A stretch of 64,000 nt of DNA, taken from an archaeon (lineage in GTDB: Archaea > Nanobdellota > Nanobdellia > Pacearchaeales > GW2011-AR1). Made by a program: the position numbers and the translations under genes. The notes beneath the pieces are model-generated. The model was not told the DNA's origin. It was given only the letters and a program-made list of their open reading frames with translations, and made no database searches. This document shows positions 1 to 8,865 of this stretch, in pieces. Each line of letters begins with the position of its first letter. Position 1 is the first letter of the stretch. The stretch lies in contig DAOVXQ010000001.1 of NCBI GenBank assembly GCA_030636025.1, positions 24,791 to 88,790 of the forward strand. The letters are read 5' to 3'.

Positions 1-1150
1 CATAATTATTCCTTTTTTTATTTTTTCCCATGTTTTTCTTTCAATCATACAGGCATTTGAAAAAATTTCAGTGCACACATTTATTTTTAATATCTTCCAA
101 AATTTTATAAAACTTATTTCACTTTTTTTATTAATCTTAATTGGGGTTAAAACAAATGCAATAATTTTTTCATTTTTACTAGGAATCCTTTCAATGTTTA
201 TTATTTCTTATTTATATTGTAAATATAAATTGCCTCAAATTTTTGGAAAACCCAAATTAAGAAAATCTGAAAAAAGAAAAACCATAAAAAACCTTATATC
301 ATATTCCTGGCCAATTATGTTTCTTGCATTTTTTCTTAATATTTTTAATTTAATAGACTCTTTTTCAATAGGTTATTTTAAGGGAGTATTAGAGGTGGGT
401 TTTTATAATGCCGCCGTGCCCATAGCCACATTATTATCATTAACCAGAACTATTTTTTTGCAGCTTTTTTTCCCTTTAATGACAAAAATGTATGCTTTAA
501 AAAATATGTCTGTAATTAATAGCATAAGTAAACAGGTTGCAAAATGGGTTTTAATTATCAATCTCCCAATATTTGCTCTTTTTTTTATTTTCCCAGGAGT
601 TTTTATCAACTTTTTATTTGGAGCAGAATATCTTGTTGCAGAAAATGCTTTAAGATTTCTTTCAATTAGTGCATTACTTTCTTCAGTATTTATTGTTTCA
701 AATCAACTTTTGTCTATTGCAGGCAAATCTAAACTCATTTTATTAGACATCATAATCGCCTCAGTATTAAATATAATTTTAAATGCAATTCTTGTTCCAA
801 TGCCAAAAATATTTTTTATAGATAATGCATTTGGTATAACTGGCGCAGCAATAGCCACAATGATTTCAACAATTGTATTTAGTTTTCTTTTTTTATTCCA
901 AGCAAAACATTATCTTTCAATAATTCCATTAAAAAGAAAGATGATTAGAATTTTTTTCATAGCAGCAATTTTAGCAATTTTAATAGTTTTTATTAAGCAA
1001 TTTATTATAATTAATTTATTAACTATGACTTTGTTAGGTATATTCTTTTTTTTAGCTTATTTATTATTAATATTTACAACAGGATGTTTAGATGAAAATG
1101 ATTTAATGATTTTGAAATCGATTAAAAATAAATTTACTAAAAATAAATAA
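1..1150 (+). CDS. Polysaccharide-biosynthesis/oligosaccharide flippase (Wzx/MOP-superfamily-like), 5'-partial. The frame stays open back to window position 2.
   Basis: Polytopic hydrophobic protein whose composition is typical of Wzx/MurJ-like exporters. It sits at the edge of the glycan island. The track start at 71 is a GTG and the reading frame is open upstream to the window start. Confidence 0.55.
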   Translation, partial: IIIPFFIFSHVFLSIIQAFEKISVHTFIFNIFQNFIKLISLFLLILIGVKTNAIIFSFLLGILSMFIISYLYCKYKLPQIFGKPKLRKSEKRKTIKNLISYSWPIMFLAFFLNIFNLIDSFSIGYFKGVLEVGFYNAAVPIATLLSLTRTIFLQLFFPLMTKMYALKNMSVINSISKQVAKWVLIINLPIFALFFIFPGVFINFLFGAEYLVAENALRFLSISALLSSVFIVSNQLLSIAGKSKLILLDIIIASVLNIILNAILVPMPKIFFIDNAFGITGAAIATMISTIVFSFLFLFQAKHYLSIIPLKRKMIRIFFIAAILAILIVFIKQFIIINLLTMTLLGIFFFLAYLLLIFTTGCLDENDLMILKSIKNKFTKNK

Positions 1151-1152
1151 TT

Positions 1153-2532
1153 TTATTTTATTATTTTTCCTTTCATATCTTTGGGAATTGGAACATCTAA
1201 TGCATTTAAAATAGTCGGAGCAACATCCAAAATATCAATTTCTCCAAGGTTTCCTTTTTGATTAGATTTATTCATTATAAAAATTCCTTGTTTTGAATGT
1301 GTGGCATCATCACTTCCAATAGCAGTTTGAGGCGACCAGAGAGAAGGATTTCCAATTAAAGAAGTATTAACCCCGTATTCTAAATCATCAAAATAAATAA
1401 CAATATCTGGGGCAATATTCTGGTATTTTCCTTGAAAATCATTTTTTTTGATAAAAAATTTAGTATTGAGGGTTTCTCCTCTATCTCCTGTTATTTTTTT
1501 TAATTCTTCTTTTAATCTATTTATTAAATTATCATAATCTTTTAGTTTTACAATTCCTTGTTCTTCTCTTCCTTCTAAATTAATAAAAATTTGCCCCTCA
1601 TAGGCACCAATTGCCCATGCCTTAGTTTTACCCCAATTTATCATATCCATAGTTAATTTGCATTTTTCTTTTAAAGGCTGTTTTAAAACTAAATATCCCT
1701 TATTAATCAACCAATCACTAAGATTAATTCTATTATGCATCCCCATTATTCCATGGTCAGATACAATAATTATTTTTGTATCCTTGTCTAAAAGTTTTAT
1801 TAATTCCCCTAGTTTTTTATCAACAAATTTATAATAATCTTTCATTGTATTTTTAAATTCAGAATTTGGATCATATTTTCTATGTTTTGAGTCTGCATAT
1901 TTTAGAAAGTTATGATTAATCGAATCACTTTGGGCAATTATCCCAAAAAATAAATCCCATTTTTTATTTTTTGATAAATATTCAATTAATTTAAAATGCA
2001 TTTTAGTAATTTTATATGCACTTTTTATTATTTTTTCTTTTGAAATATCTCTAAAATCATTGTCAACGATCATAAAATTTTCAAATAAAGAATTTATTTC
2101 TTGTTTTATTTCTTTTGGATAAGTATAATCTACATTTGTACTTGGAGTTAATGAAAAACCACTAATGCATATACCTTTTTTAAATGGCTTTATTGGCCAC
2201 GCTAGTGGCATAAGACAAGCAACAGGAATTTTATTATTTTCAGAAACAATCTGCCAAATTGTTTTTTCTTTTAAATTTTTTGAAGAAACTATGTTTGGTT
2301 CATAAAAGTAATTTTTTCTATAAACATATTCAAAAATACCTGTATCTTTAGGTTTTTTTCCAGTCATCATAGAACTCCAGGCAACAACAGATAAAGGGGG
2401 AATAGTGCTATTTAATTTTGCATAACCACCTTGTTCCATTAATTTTTTTATATTCGGCAATTCATCGAGCCAGTCATTAAAGATATATCTTGGTTCAGCT
2501 CCATCAATCCCCAAAACAAATACTTTTGACAT
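1153..2532 (-). CDS. Alkaline-phosphatase-superfamily type I phosphodiesterase / nucleotide pyrophosphatase-like protein
   Basis: N-terminal LGIDGAEP...W..MMTG is the metal-ligand motif of the Phosphodiest/AP family. Length is 459 aa. Confidence 0.55.
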   Translation of the reverse strand: MSKVFVLGIDGAEPRYIFNDWLDELPNIKKLMEQGGYAKLNSTIPPLSVVAWSSMMTGKKPKDTGIFEYVYRKNYFYEPNIVSSKNLKEKTIWQIVSENNKIPVACLMPLAWPIKPFKKGICISGFSLTPSTNVDYTYPKEIKQEINSLFENFMIVDNDFRDISKEKIIKSAYKITKMHFKLIEYLSKNKKWDLFFGIIAQSDSINHNFLKYADSKHRKYDPNSEFKNTMKDYYKFVDKKLGELIKLLDKDTKIIIVSDHGIMGMHNRINLSDWLINKGYLVLKQPLKEKCKLTMDMINWGKTKAWAIGAYEGQIFINLEGREEQGIVKLKDYDNLINRLKEELKKITGDRGETLNTKFFIKKNDFQGKYQNIAPDIVIYFDDLEYGVNTSLIGNPSLWSPQTAIGSDDATHSKQGIFIMNKSNQKGNLGEIDILDVAPTILNALDVPIPKDMKGKIIK

Positions 2533-2720
2533 TTTATTTTTTTACATAATATTAGTAAAATCTGCCCCCCATTAAATAATCTCGTTTAAATTATTTATAA
2601 ATCTTTACTAACTTAGGAGTAATCTATATTAAAAAAGAATAAAGTTTAAATAGGATAATCTCTCAAAATAATTTGATAAATAGATTAAATTTATGTAATT
2701 TTAATATAGATATAATAAAA

Positions 2721-4649
2721 ATGAAGAATGCGGTAATCTTGGTAGCGGGATTGGGGAGTAGATTAAAACCCCTTACTCACGAAGTGCCTAAATGCCTTAC
2801 AGAAATAAATGGAAAACCAATATTAAAAAATACCCTAGAACTATTAAGTAAAAAAGGATTTAAAAGGGCAGTGATAGTAATCGGATTTTTGGGAGAAAGA
2901 GTTAGGGAAGCAATAGGAAAAAAATTTAATGAGATGGACATTATTTATCTTGAAAATCCAACATTTATGGAAACAAATTCTATGTATTCTGCATGGTTAG
3001 CCCGAGAATATATTGAAAAAGGGACCCTTTTAATAGAGGGAGACACTATTTTTGAAGAAGAAATTTTAGAAAGAGTTTTAAAAACAGACAAGGATAAATC
3101 TTTTTGGATTGTAGACAAATTCACAGAACAATTTGACGGATGCATGTCTACTGCTGATGAAAATAACAGGATAATAAAAGTTGAGATAGTAAAAGAAAAA
3201 TTAAAAGAATATAAGAATAATTTTTTTAAATCAACTGGAATACTAAAAATAACCAGCGAGTTTGGAAAAGAATTTTCAAATTGGCTCAATGATGATGTTA
3301 AGGCAGGAAATGTAAATATATACTATGACCTTGTTCTTGCAAAACATATTCATGAAAAACCCCTTTATGTCTACAACATAAGTGATTTAAAATGGTTTGA
3401 AATTGATAATTTTCAGGATGTTAGAAAAGCAGAAAATATATTTCAGTCAACAAAATATGTGATGATAATTATGGATGGTTCTGCTGACCTCCCCTTACCA
3501 GAACTAGAAAACAAAACCCCATTTGAAGCAGCAAAAATTCCAAATATAGATTATTTAACTGAAAATGGGAGAACAGGACTATTACAAACAATGTATCCTG
3601 GACTACCTATTTGTAGCATTGTTGCTAATACAGGGTTATTGGGATATAATCCTGCAAGATATTATCCTATTGGAAGGGCCTCTTTTGAAGCATTAGCTCA
3701 AGATATATTCTTAAATCCTAATGATATTGCGTTTAGATGCAATCTGATTTCCACAGAAAATGAAAAAATTAAAGATTTTACAGCAGGAATGATAGATGAT
3801 GAAAGTGCATCCAAGATAATAAATAATCTTAAAATAGATGACAAAAATATTGAGATCTATTCTGGTCAAAGCTATAGGAATTTATTAATTGCAAGAAATG
3901 CTAATTTTTTTGCCAGTGAAATAATTGCCTTTGAACCCCACGAGAACATTAGTGAAGAAATAAAATCAAAATTATTAAAGCATAAGGGGGGAATACACCC
4001 CTCTATTGAGAAACTAAATTCTATAATGTTAGATTCAATAGAACAAATAAAACTATTAAATCAACAATATAATACAAAAGCAGATATGATTTGGCTTTGG
4101 AGCCCATCAATAACACCAAGAATACCTTCTTTTTCAAGACAATATGGGGTAGATGGTGCTATTGTTGCAGGAATGGACTTTATGAACGGCTTGGGGAGAG
4201 CTATGAGGATGGAAGTGAAAAAAATACCCGAAGCTACAGGCGATTTTGATACTAATTTAAAAGAAAAATTAAAATATGCAAAGAATTATTTAAGGTATAA
4301 TGATATTGTGTTTATACATATAAATTCTCCTGATGAAGAATCTCATGCACGTAATGCTGAAAAAAAAGTAAAAGCCATAGAAAATATTGATAGAGAAATC
4401 ATAGGACCTTTATTAGAATTTTTAAATAAAACCTATCCAAATAATTTCAGAATTGCTGCAATGCCAGATCATTATACATTTGTTAAAAATGGAAAACATG
4501 ATGAAAGATCCGTCCCTTATTTTATATGTGGGAAAAATATAAAAAAGAATGATGTTAAAAAATTTACAGAAAAAGAAATTTTTGAAGATAACAAGATAAC
4601 TTTAAAAAGCTATGATTTTATCAATCTTTTGCTAAATGAAGGAATATGA
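2721..4649 (+). CDS. Fusion protein: N-terminal sugar-phosphate nucleotidyltransferase domain plus C-terminal archaeal cofactor-independent phosphoglycerate-mutase-like (ApgM/metalloenzyme) domain
   Basis: The N-terminus MKNAVILVAGLGSRLKPLTHEVPKCL is the GxGxR NTP-transferase motif. The C-terminal ~400 aa align by eye with archaeal iPGM (IIMDGSAD, IAFRCN, ATGDFDTN, IVFIHINSPDEESH, PDHYT). The probable start is the internal ATG at 2721; the track gives 2673. Confidence 0.65.
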   Translation: MKNAVILVAGLGSRLKPLTHEVPKCLTEINGKPILKNTLELLSKKGFKRAVIVIGFLGERVREAIGKKFNEMDIIYLENPTFMETNSMYSAWLAREYIEKGTLLIEGDTIFEEEILERVLKTDKDKSFWIVDKFTEQFDGCMSTADENNRIIKVEIVKEKLKEYKNNFFKSTGILKITSEFGKEFSNWLNDDVKAGNVNIYYDLVLAKHIHEKPLYVYNISDLKWFEIDNFQDVRKAENIFQSTKYVMIIMDGSADLPLPELENKTPFEAAKIPNIDYLTENGRTGLLQTMYPGLPICSIVANTGLLGYNPARYYPIGRASFEALAQDIFLNPNDIAFRCNLISTENEKIKDFTAGMIDDESASKIINNLKIDDKNIEIYSGQSYRNLLIARNANFFASEIIAFEPHENISEEIKSKLLKHKGGIHPSIEKLNSIMLDSIEQIKLLNQQYNTKADMIWLWSPSITPRIPSFSRQYGVDGAIVAGMDFMNGLGRAMRMEVKKIPEATGDFDTNLKEKLKYAKNYLRYNDIVFIHINSPDEESHARNAEKKVKAIENIDREIIGPLLEFLNKTYPNNFRIAAMPDHYTFVKNGKHDERSVPYFICGKNIKKNDVKKFTEKEIFEDNKITLKSYDFINLLLNEGI

Positions 4650-6100
4650 AAACTAAAAAGAAAATTTTGTTAATTAACCCAAGATTAAATGTATCAAAAG
4701 GCTCAATTAGAAGGCTACCAACCCCCCTTGGTTTAATGTATCTTGGAAATGTTTTAGAAAAGGGAGGACATGAAGTTTCAATACTTGATAGTGCTTGTGA
4801 GGGATATAATAATATTACTATAAAAGATGATATTGAAACATATGGATTAAGTGATGAAGAAATAACTAAAAGAATTAGAGAAGAAAATCCAGATTTTGTT
4901 GGTGTAACCTGTCTTTTTTCAAAAATAGAAGAAGAAGTAAAAACTGCCTGTAGAATAGCTAAATCCGTAAATCCAAATATATCAACAGTTATTGGAGGAA
5001 TTCATCCAACATTATTTGCAGAAAAATTAATGAAGGAAAATCCGGAAATAGATTTCATTATTCAAAAAGAAGGTGAAAGTCGCCTTTTAGATTTAGTAAA
5101 TAATTTTCAAGACTATAAATCTATAGATGGTCTTGTTTTTAGAAAAGATGAAAAAGTAATAATAAACCCTCCAACCAGAATTGAAGATATTAATAAACTA
5201 CCTTTGCCTGCAAGACATTTAATAGACATGGAAAAATATATTGATGTGGGATTATTTAGCAACCCCTTTCCTAAAAAAGAGAGGGTTGCACAAGTTTTAG
5301 CATCAAGAGGGTGCATTTATCATTGTGATTTTTGTTCAACTCCAAAGTTTTGGGGAAAATTTAGAAGAAGAGATGCAGAGAATATTCTTGAAGAAATTAT
5401 TCATTTAAAAGATGAATATGGCATACAAGAAATACAATTTAGAGACGATAATCTTACTATAGACAGAGAAAATGCACTTAAACTTTTTAGACTTATGAAG
5501 CCATTAAAAATAGTTTGGTGCTCTGGTGTAATGCTTCAAGCACTTAACGAAAAAATGGTAAAAGCCATGGCAGAATCTGGATGTTATAAATTAACAATCT
5601 CTCCTGAATCAGGTAGTGAAAGGATTTTAAGAGAATTGATGCACAAACCTCTTCAATTAGAGCAAGTTAAACCAAAAGTAGATTTACTACATAAGTATGG
5701 AATAAGTACACATAGTGACTTTATCATAGGATATCCTGGAGAAACAAGAGAAGAAATATACCAAACATTTGAATTTGCTAAAGAAATTCAAACTAATTCT
5801 GCATCTTTTTTTATAGCAGGACCTTGTCCAGGAAGTCCATTATATGAAAGATGTAAAAAAAAGGGATGGTTAGATCAGGGTTGGAGGGGAGATTATAAAT
5901 CCTCAGGAATTCATATAAAAAAAACAGATTCAGAGTATGTTATGTCTGAAAAAGAACTTATAGAATTAACTGAAAAAAATACCCGCGAATTTAATGAATT
6001 AACTAAAAATAATGATCCTCAAGCATGGATAGAAAAATACAAAATTTTCTTAGAAAAACACCCCGAACAAACAGAAAAAATAATGGGAAGAGTTGTTTAA
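4646..6100 (+). CDS. B12-binding-domain radical SAM enzyme (class B, methyltransferase-like)
   Basis: An N-terminal Rossmann-like B12-binding region is followed by ASRGCIYHCDFC (CxxxCxxC). Its ATGA start overlaps the preceding gene, indicating translational coupling. Confidence 0.7.
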   Translation: MKTKKKILLINPRLNVSKGSIRRLPTPLGLMYLGNVLEKGGHEVSILDSACEGYNNITIKDDIETYGLSDEEITKRIREENPDFVGVTCLFSKIEEEVKTACRIAKSVNPNISTVIGGIHPTLFAEKLMKENPEIDFIIQKEGESRLLDLVNNFQDYKSIDGLVFRKDEKVIINPPTRIEDINKLPLPARHLIDMEKYIDVGLFSNPFPKKERVAQVLASRGCIYHCDFCSTPKFWGKFRRRDAENILEEIIHLKDEYGIQEIQFRDDNLTIDRENALKLFRLMKPLKIVWCSGVMLQALNEKMVKAMAESGCYKLTISPESGSERILRELMHKPLQLEQVKPKVDLLHKYGISTHSDFIIGYPGETREEIYQTFEFAKEIQTNSASFFIAGPCPGSPLYERCKKKGWLDQGWRGDYKSSGIHIKKTDSEYVMSEKELIELTEKNTREFNELTKNNDPQAWIEKYKIFLEKHPEQTEKIMGRVV

Positions 6101-6150
6101 ATATAATTTTCCTAGCGAAGATTTATAAATCGTCTCAGATTCTCACTTAA

Positions 6151-7569
6151 ATGGAATCCAAAAAACCAAATATAATTTTTATAATGGCCGACGCAGTTAG
6201 AGCGAGAAACCTTGGTTGTTATGGTTATCATAGAAATACTTCTCCAAATATAGATTCTTTAGCTAAAAAAGGAGTTTTATTTGAAAATGTTTTTTCATCA
6301 AATAATGTAAGTAATAAACAATTTTTATCTATTCTTGGCGGAAAAAGAGTTATAGCAGAGGGACCTTTAATAAATTATGTTAGTAAAAAAGAAATTCAAG
6401 GTTTCTTTGAAACCGGGGGAGTTCTTTTTCCAGAAATGCTCAAAAAACAAGGATATAAAACCTATTTTTTAAAAGACATATATGGTTGGCAAAAAAAAGG
6501 TTTTGATTATTATTTTAAATGTGCATCTAAGGAGGACAAATCAAATGTAAAATGGAGATTAATTAATTTTTCAAAAAAATTTCCCATATTCTATAAAACT
6601 TTAAAATATTCTTTTCACAATTTAGTTTCAAAAAAACTTGCAAATAAGATAAGAGAAAGAAAAGAATCCGAAAAAGTTACAAGAGAAGCTATTGAAATAA
6701 TTAAAAAATCAAAAAAAAATCCTTTTTTTATGTGGCTTTATTATGGAGATACACATTTACCTTATAATGTTCCATCAAAATTTAATAATAAGTTTATTGC
6801 AAATAAAAAAAGTAAAAACTTATTTAAGGAAATATCTAATAAAGGCATGGATAAACGTATTGTAGATTTTCTGAAAGTCTCATTTAGTCGAGGAGATACT
6901 ATTGAAGATGCTATTGCACAATACGATTGTGCCATCGCCTATGTAGATTCATTAGTCAAAAGAGTGGTAAATGCTCTTGAAAAAAAGAATATCCTTGAGA
7001 ATACTATCATTTTTATTTTTGCAGATCATGGGGAAAGCCATGCAGAACATAACATATACTTTAATCATTATGGGCCTTATGGGACGGTATACCAGGTCCC
7101 ATTAATAATTTTCGGAAAAGGAATTCCAAAAAATAAAAGAATAAAAAGCTTTATTCAACACGAAGATCTTGCCCCAACTATTTTTAATATATTAAATATA
7201 AATCATAGTCCAACTCTTTTTGATGGGGGCAGTTTAATTCCCCTTATGAATGGAGAAAAAGAGAAGATTAGAGATCATGCTTTTATGGTAGAAAATTCTT
7301 CTATTAGAAAAAAGATAATCAGAACAAAAAAATATTCTTATATGGAATCTGCTTCAAAAGAAGATGCCACTTGTAAAGTTTGTAATAAAATCCACCAAGG
7401 AGTTATTGAATTATATGATTTGGAAAATGATCCTGGAGAAAATATAAATATTGCTAAAAAAAATAAAAAAGCTTTAATTGAAATGAAATTAAAATTAAAT
7501 AAAACAATTAAAGATTTGAAAAATTTAAATGAGAAAAGAAGAATAAACCAAGTTTTATCAAAGATTTAA
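6151..7569 (+). CDS. Sulfatase-fold (alkaline phosphatase superfamily) protein lacking the C/S-x-P-x-R formylglycine motif; candidate phospho-substituent transferase or hydrolase
   Basis: NIIFIMADAVRARNLGCYG...SPNIDSLAKKGVLFENVF has the sulfatase N-terminal architecture. The position where CxPxR is expected reads FSSNNVSNKQF instead. Confidence 0.5.
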   Translation: MESKKPNIIFIMADAVRARNLGCYGYHRNTSPNIDSLAKKGVLFENVFSSNNVSNKQFLSILGGKRVIAEGPLINYVSKKEIQGFFETGGVLFPEMLKKQGYKTYFLKDIYGWQKKGFDYYFKCASKEDKSNVKWRLINFSKKFPIFYKTLKYSFHNLVSKKLANKIRERKESEKVTREAIEIIKKSKKNPFFMWLYYGDTHLPYNVPSKFNNKFIANKKSKNLFKEISNKGMDKRIVDFLKVSFSRGDTIEDAIAQYDCAIAYVDSLVKRVVNALEKKNILENTIIFIFADHGESHAEHNIYFNHYGPYGTVYQVPLIIFGKGIPKNKRIKSFIQHEDLAPTIFNILNINHSPTLFDGGSLIPLMNGEKEKIRDHAFMVENSSIRKKIIRTKKYSYMESASKEDATCKVCNKIHQGVIELYDLENDPGENINIAKKNKKALIEMKLKLNKTIKDLKNLNEKRRINQVLSKI

Positions 7570-7694
7570 TTTATCCAATTTAAATATAAAAATTTATAAA
7601 CCCAAAAATAAATCAGAAGAATGAGGGGGAACTAGAGGGTTTATGCTCTAACTAATAAAAAATACCTCCTTAACAGAAAAAAGAATACTTTAAA

Positions 7695-8015
7695 ATGGCT
7701 GATAAAAATATAAAACTTTCAAAAGAATTAATAGAAAAATTACAAAGAAAAATAAAAGAAACAGATTTTGCATCAATACAAGATTATGTGATTTATGTAT
7801 TAAATCAATTAGTTGTTTCTGAAGAAAATCAAGAAGAGGCTAGCAAAGATGAATCAGTTAATTATTCTCCAGGAGAAGAATATGGCTCAATAGAGGAGAG
7901 GTATAAAAAATACTTGGAAGAAAGTAAGAAAATGTGTTGGAAAATTGATAGTTTTGAGGAATGGTCCAGAAGGGTTGAAAATGATTCATTAGGGGAAAAT
8001 GAAATAATTAAATAA
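7695..8015 (+). CDS. Small ribbon-helix-helix-like (CopG/Arc-type) protein, copy A, 106 aa
   Basis: It has a predicted beta-strand (IKLSKEL) followed by two helices. It is a paralog of the next gene. Its last codons derive from the duplicated sulfatase-like 3' sequence. Confidence 0.4.
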   Translation: MADKNIKLSKELIEKLQRKIKETDFASIQDYVIYVLNQLVVSEENQEEASKDESVNYSPGEEYGSIEERYKKYLEESKKMCWKIDSFEEWSRRVENDSLGENEIIK

Positions 8016-8135
8016 AACAATTAAAGATTTAAAAAATCTAAATGAAAAAAGAAGAATAAACCAATTTTGATCAAAGATTTAAATTATTCAATTTAAACAA
8101 AAATATTTATAAACTAAAAAATAAATTTAATTAAT

Positions 8136-8360
8136 ATGACAAACATTATAACTCTACCAAAAGAATTAGCAGAAAAATTACAAAAAAAAATAAAGGAAAC
8201 AGATTTTGCATCAATACAAGATTATGTGATTTATGCATTAAATCAATTAGTTGTTTCTGAAGAAAATAAAGAAGAGATTAGTAAGGAAGAAGAAGTAGCA
8301 TACACTCCTGAAGAAGAAGAAGAACTGAAAAAAAGATTAACAGAGCAGGGTTATATTTAG
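8136..8360 (+). CDS. Small ribbon-helix-helix-like protein, copy B, 74 aa, with an acidic C-terminus
   Basis: The N-terminal 45 aa are near-identical to copy A. Confidence 0.4.
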   Translation: MTNIITLPKELAEKLQKKIKETDFASIQDYVIYALNQLVVSEENKEEISKEEEVAYTPEEEEELKKRLTEQGYI

Positions 8361-8364
8361 ATTT

Positions 8365-8865
8365 TTAATAATTTAATGAGTTATCTTCAGATAAGTTATT
8401 TTCATTAGATTCTGATTCACTTGTTTGATTAAATTCTTTTTCATCTTCCCAAATTCTCCAATCATAACCCATATTTTTACAAGTTTCTGCAGCCAAACAA
8501 TCTAATTTTAAATCTACTCTCTCACCAATTTCTTGGCTTATAACATTTTTAGACATATTCCTAACACCATTTACAGCATGAGTGAATTTTAAAAGCTTAT
8601 CCTGAGAATCCCCTCCCTCTCTTGCCTTTGACTCATTAGCCCAGATAGTCTCATTTGATATTGAATTAACTTGGATTGCCCGTATCATCTGCCCTGTTAA
8701 TCGCACATCTTTTTCTTTAATTATCAAATCAATATCATGCATAATCTCTTGCGCCTCTTTTTCATATTCTTTTTTATGTTCGGGAATTTTAATAGATTTT
8801 AAAGTAACAATGCATAACCTATCTATCAATTCAGCAAATGTTGGCATGTATTTTCTTTCAGACAT
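8365..8865 (-). CDS. Hypothetical protein with an acidic Ser/Glu/Asn-rich C-terminal tail
   Basis: 166 aa with no motif I recognise. It is the last gene of a ten-gene minus-strand operon running to 15597, is the 3'-most gene of the operon and overlaps the gmd-like stop by 8 nt. Confidence 0.35.
   Translation of the reverse strand: MSERKYMPTFAELIDRLCIVTLKSIKIPEHKKEYEKEAQEIMHDIDLIIKEKDVRLTGQMIRAIQVNSISNETIWANESKAREGGDSQDKLLKFTHAVNGVRNMSKNVISQEIGERVDLKLDCLAAETCKNMGYDWRIWEDEKEFNQTSESESNENNLSEDNSLNY

Larger units (their letters stand above)
7480..8360 (+). repeat. Tandem segmental duplication of ~517 bp. Each unit carries the 3'-end fragment of the sulfatase-like gene, the intergenic region and a small RHH-like gene.
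   Basis: Positions 7480-7625 and 7997-8125 align near-identically (gaaatgaaat...aataaaacaattaaagattt(g/a)aaaaat(t/c)taaatga(g/a)aaaagaagaataaacca...). The two downstream ORFs share MxxxIxLxKELxEKLQxKIKETDFASIQDYVIY(V/A)LNQLVVSEEN. Confidence 0.8.

Noticed and set aside
6151-7569. Calling this gene a bona fide arylsulfatase.
   Set aside because: The catalytic Cys/Ser-x-Pro-x-Arg motif is absent at the expected position.
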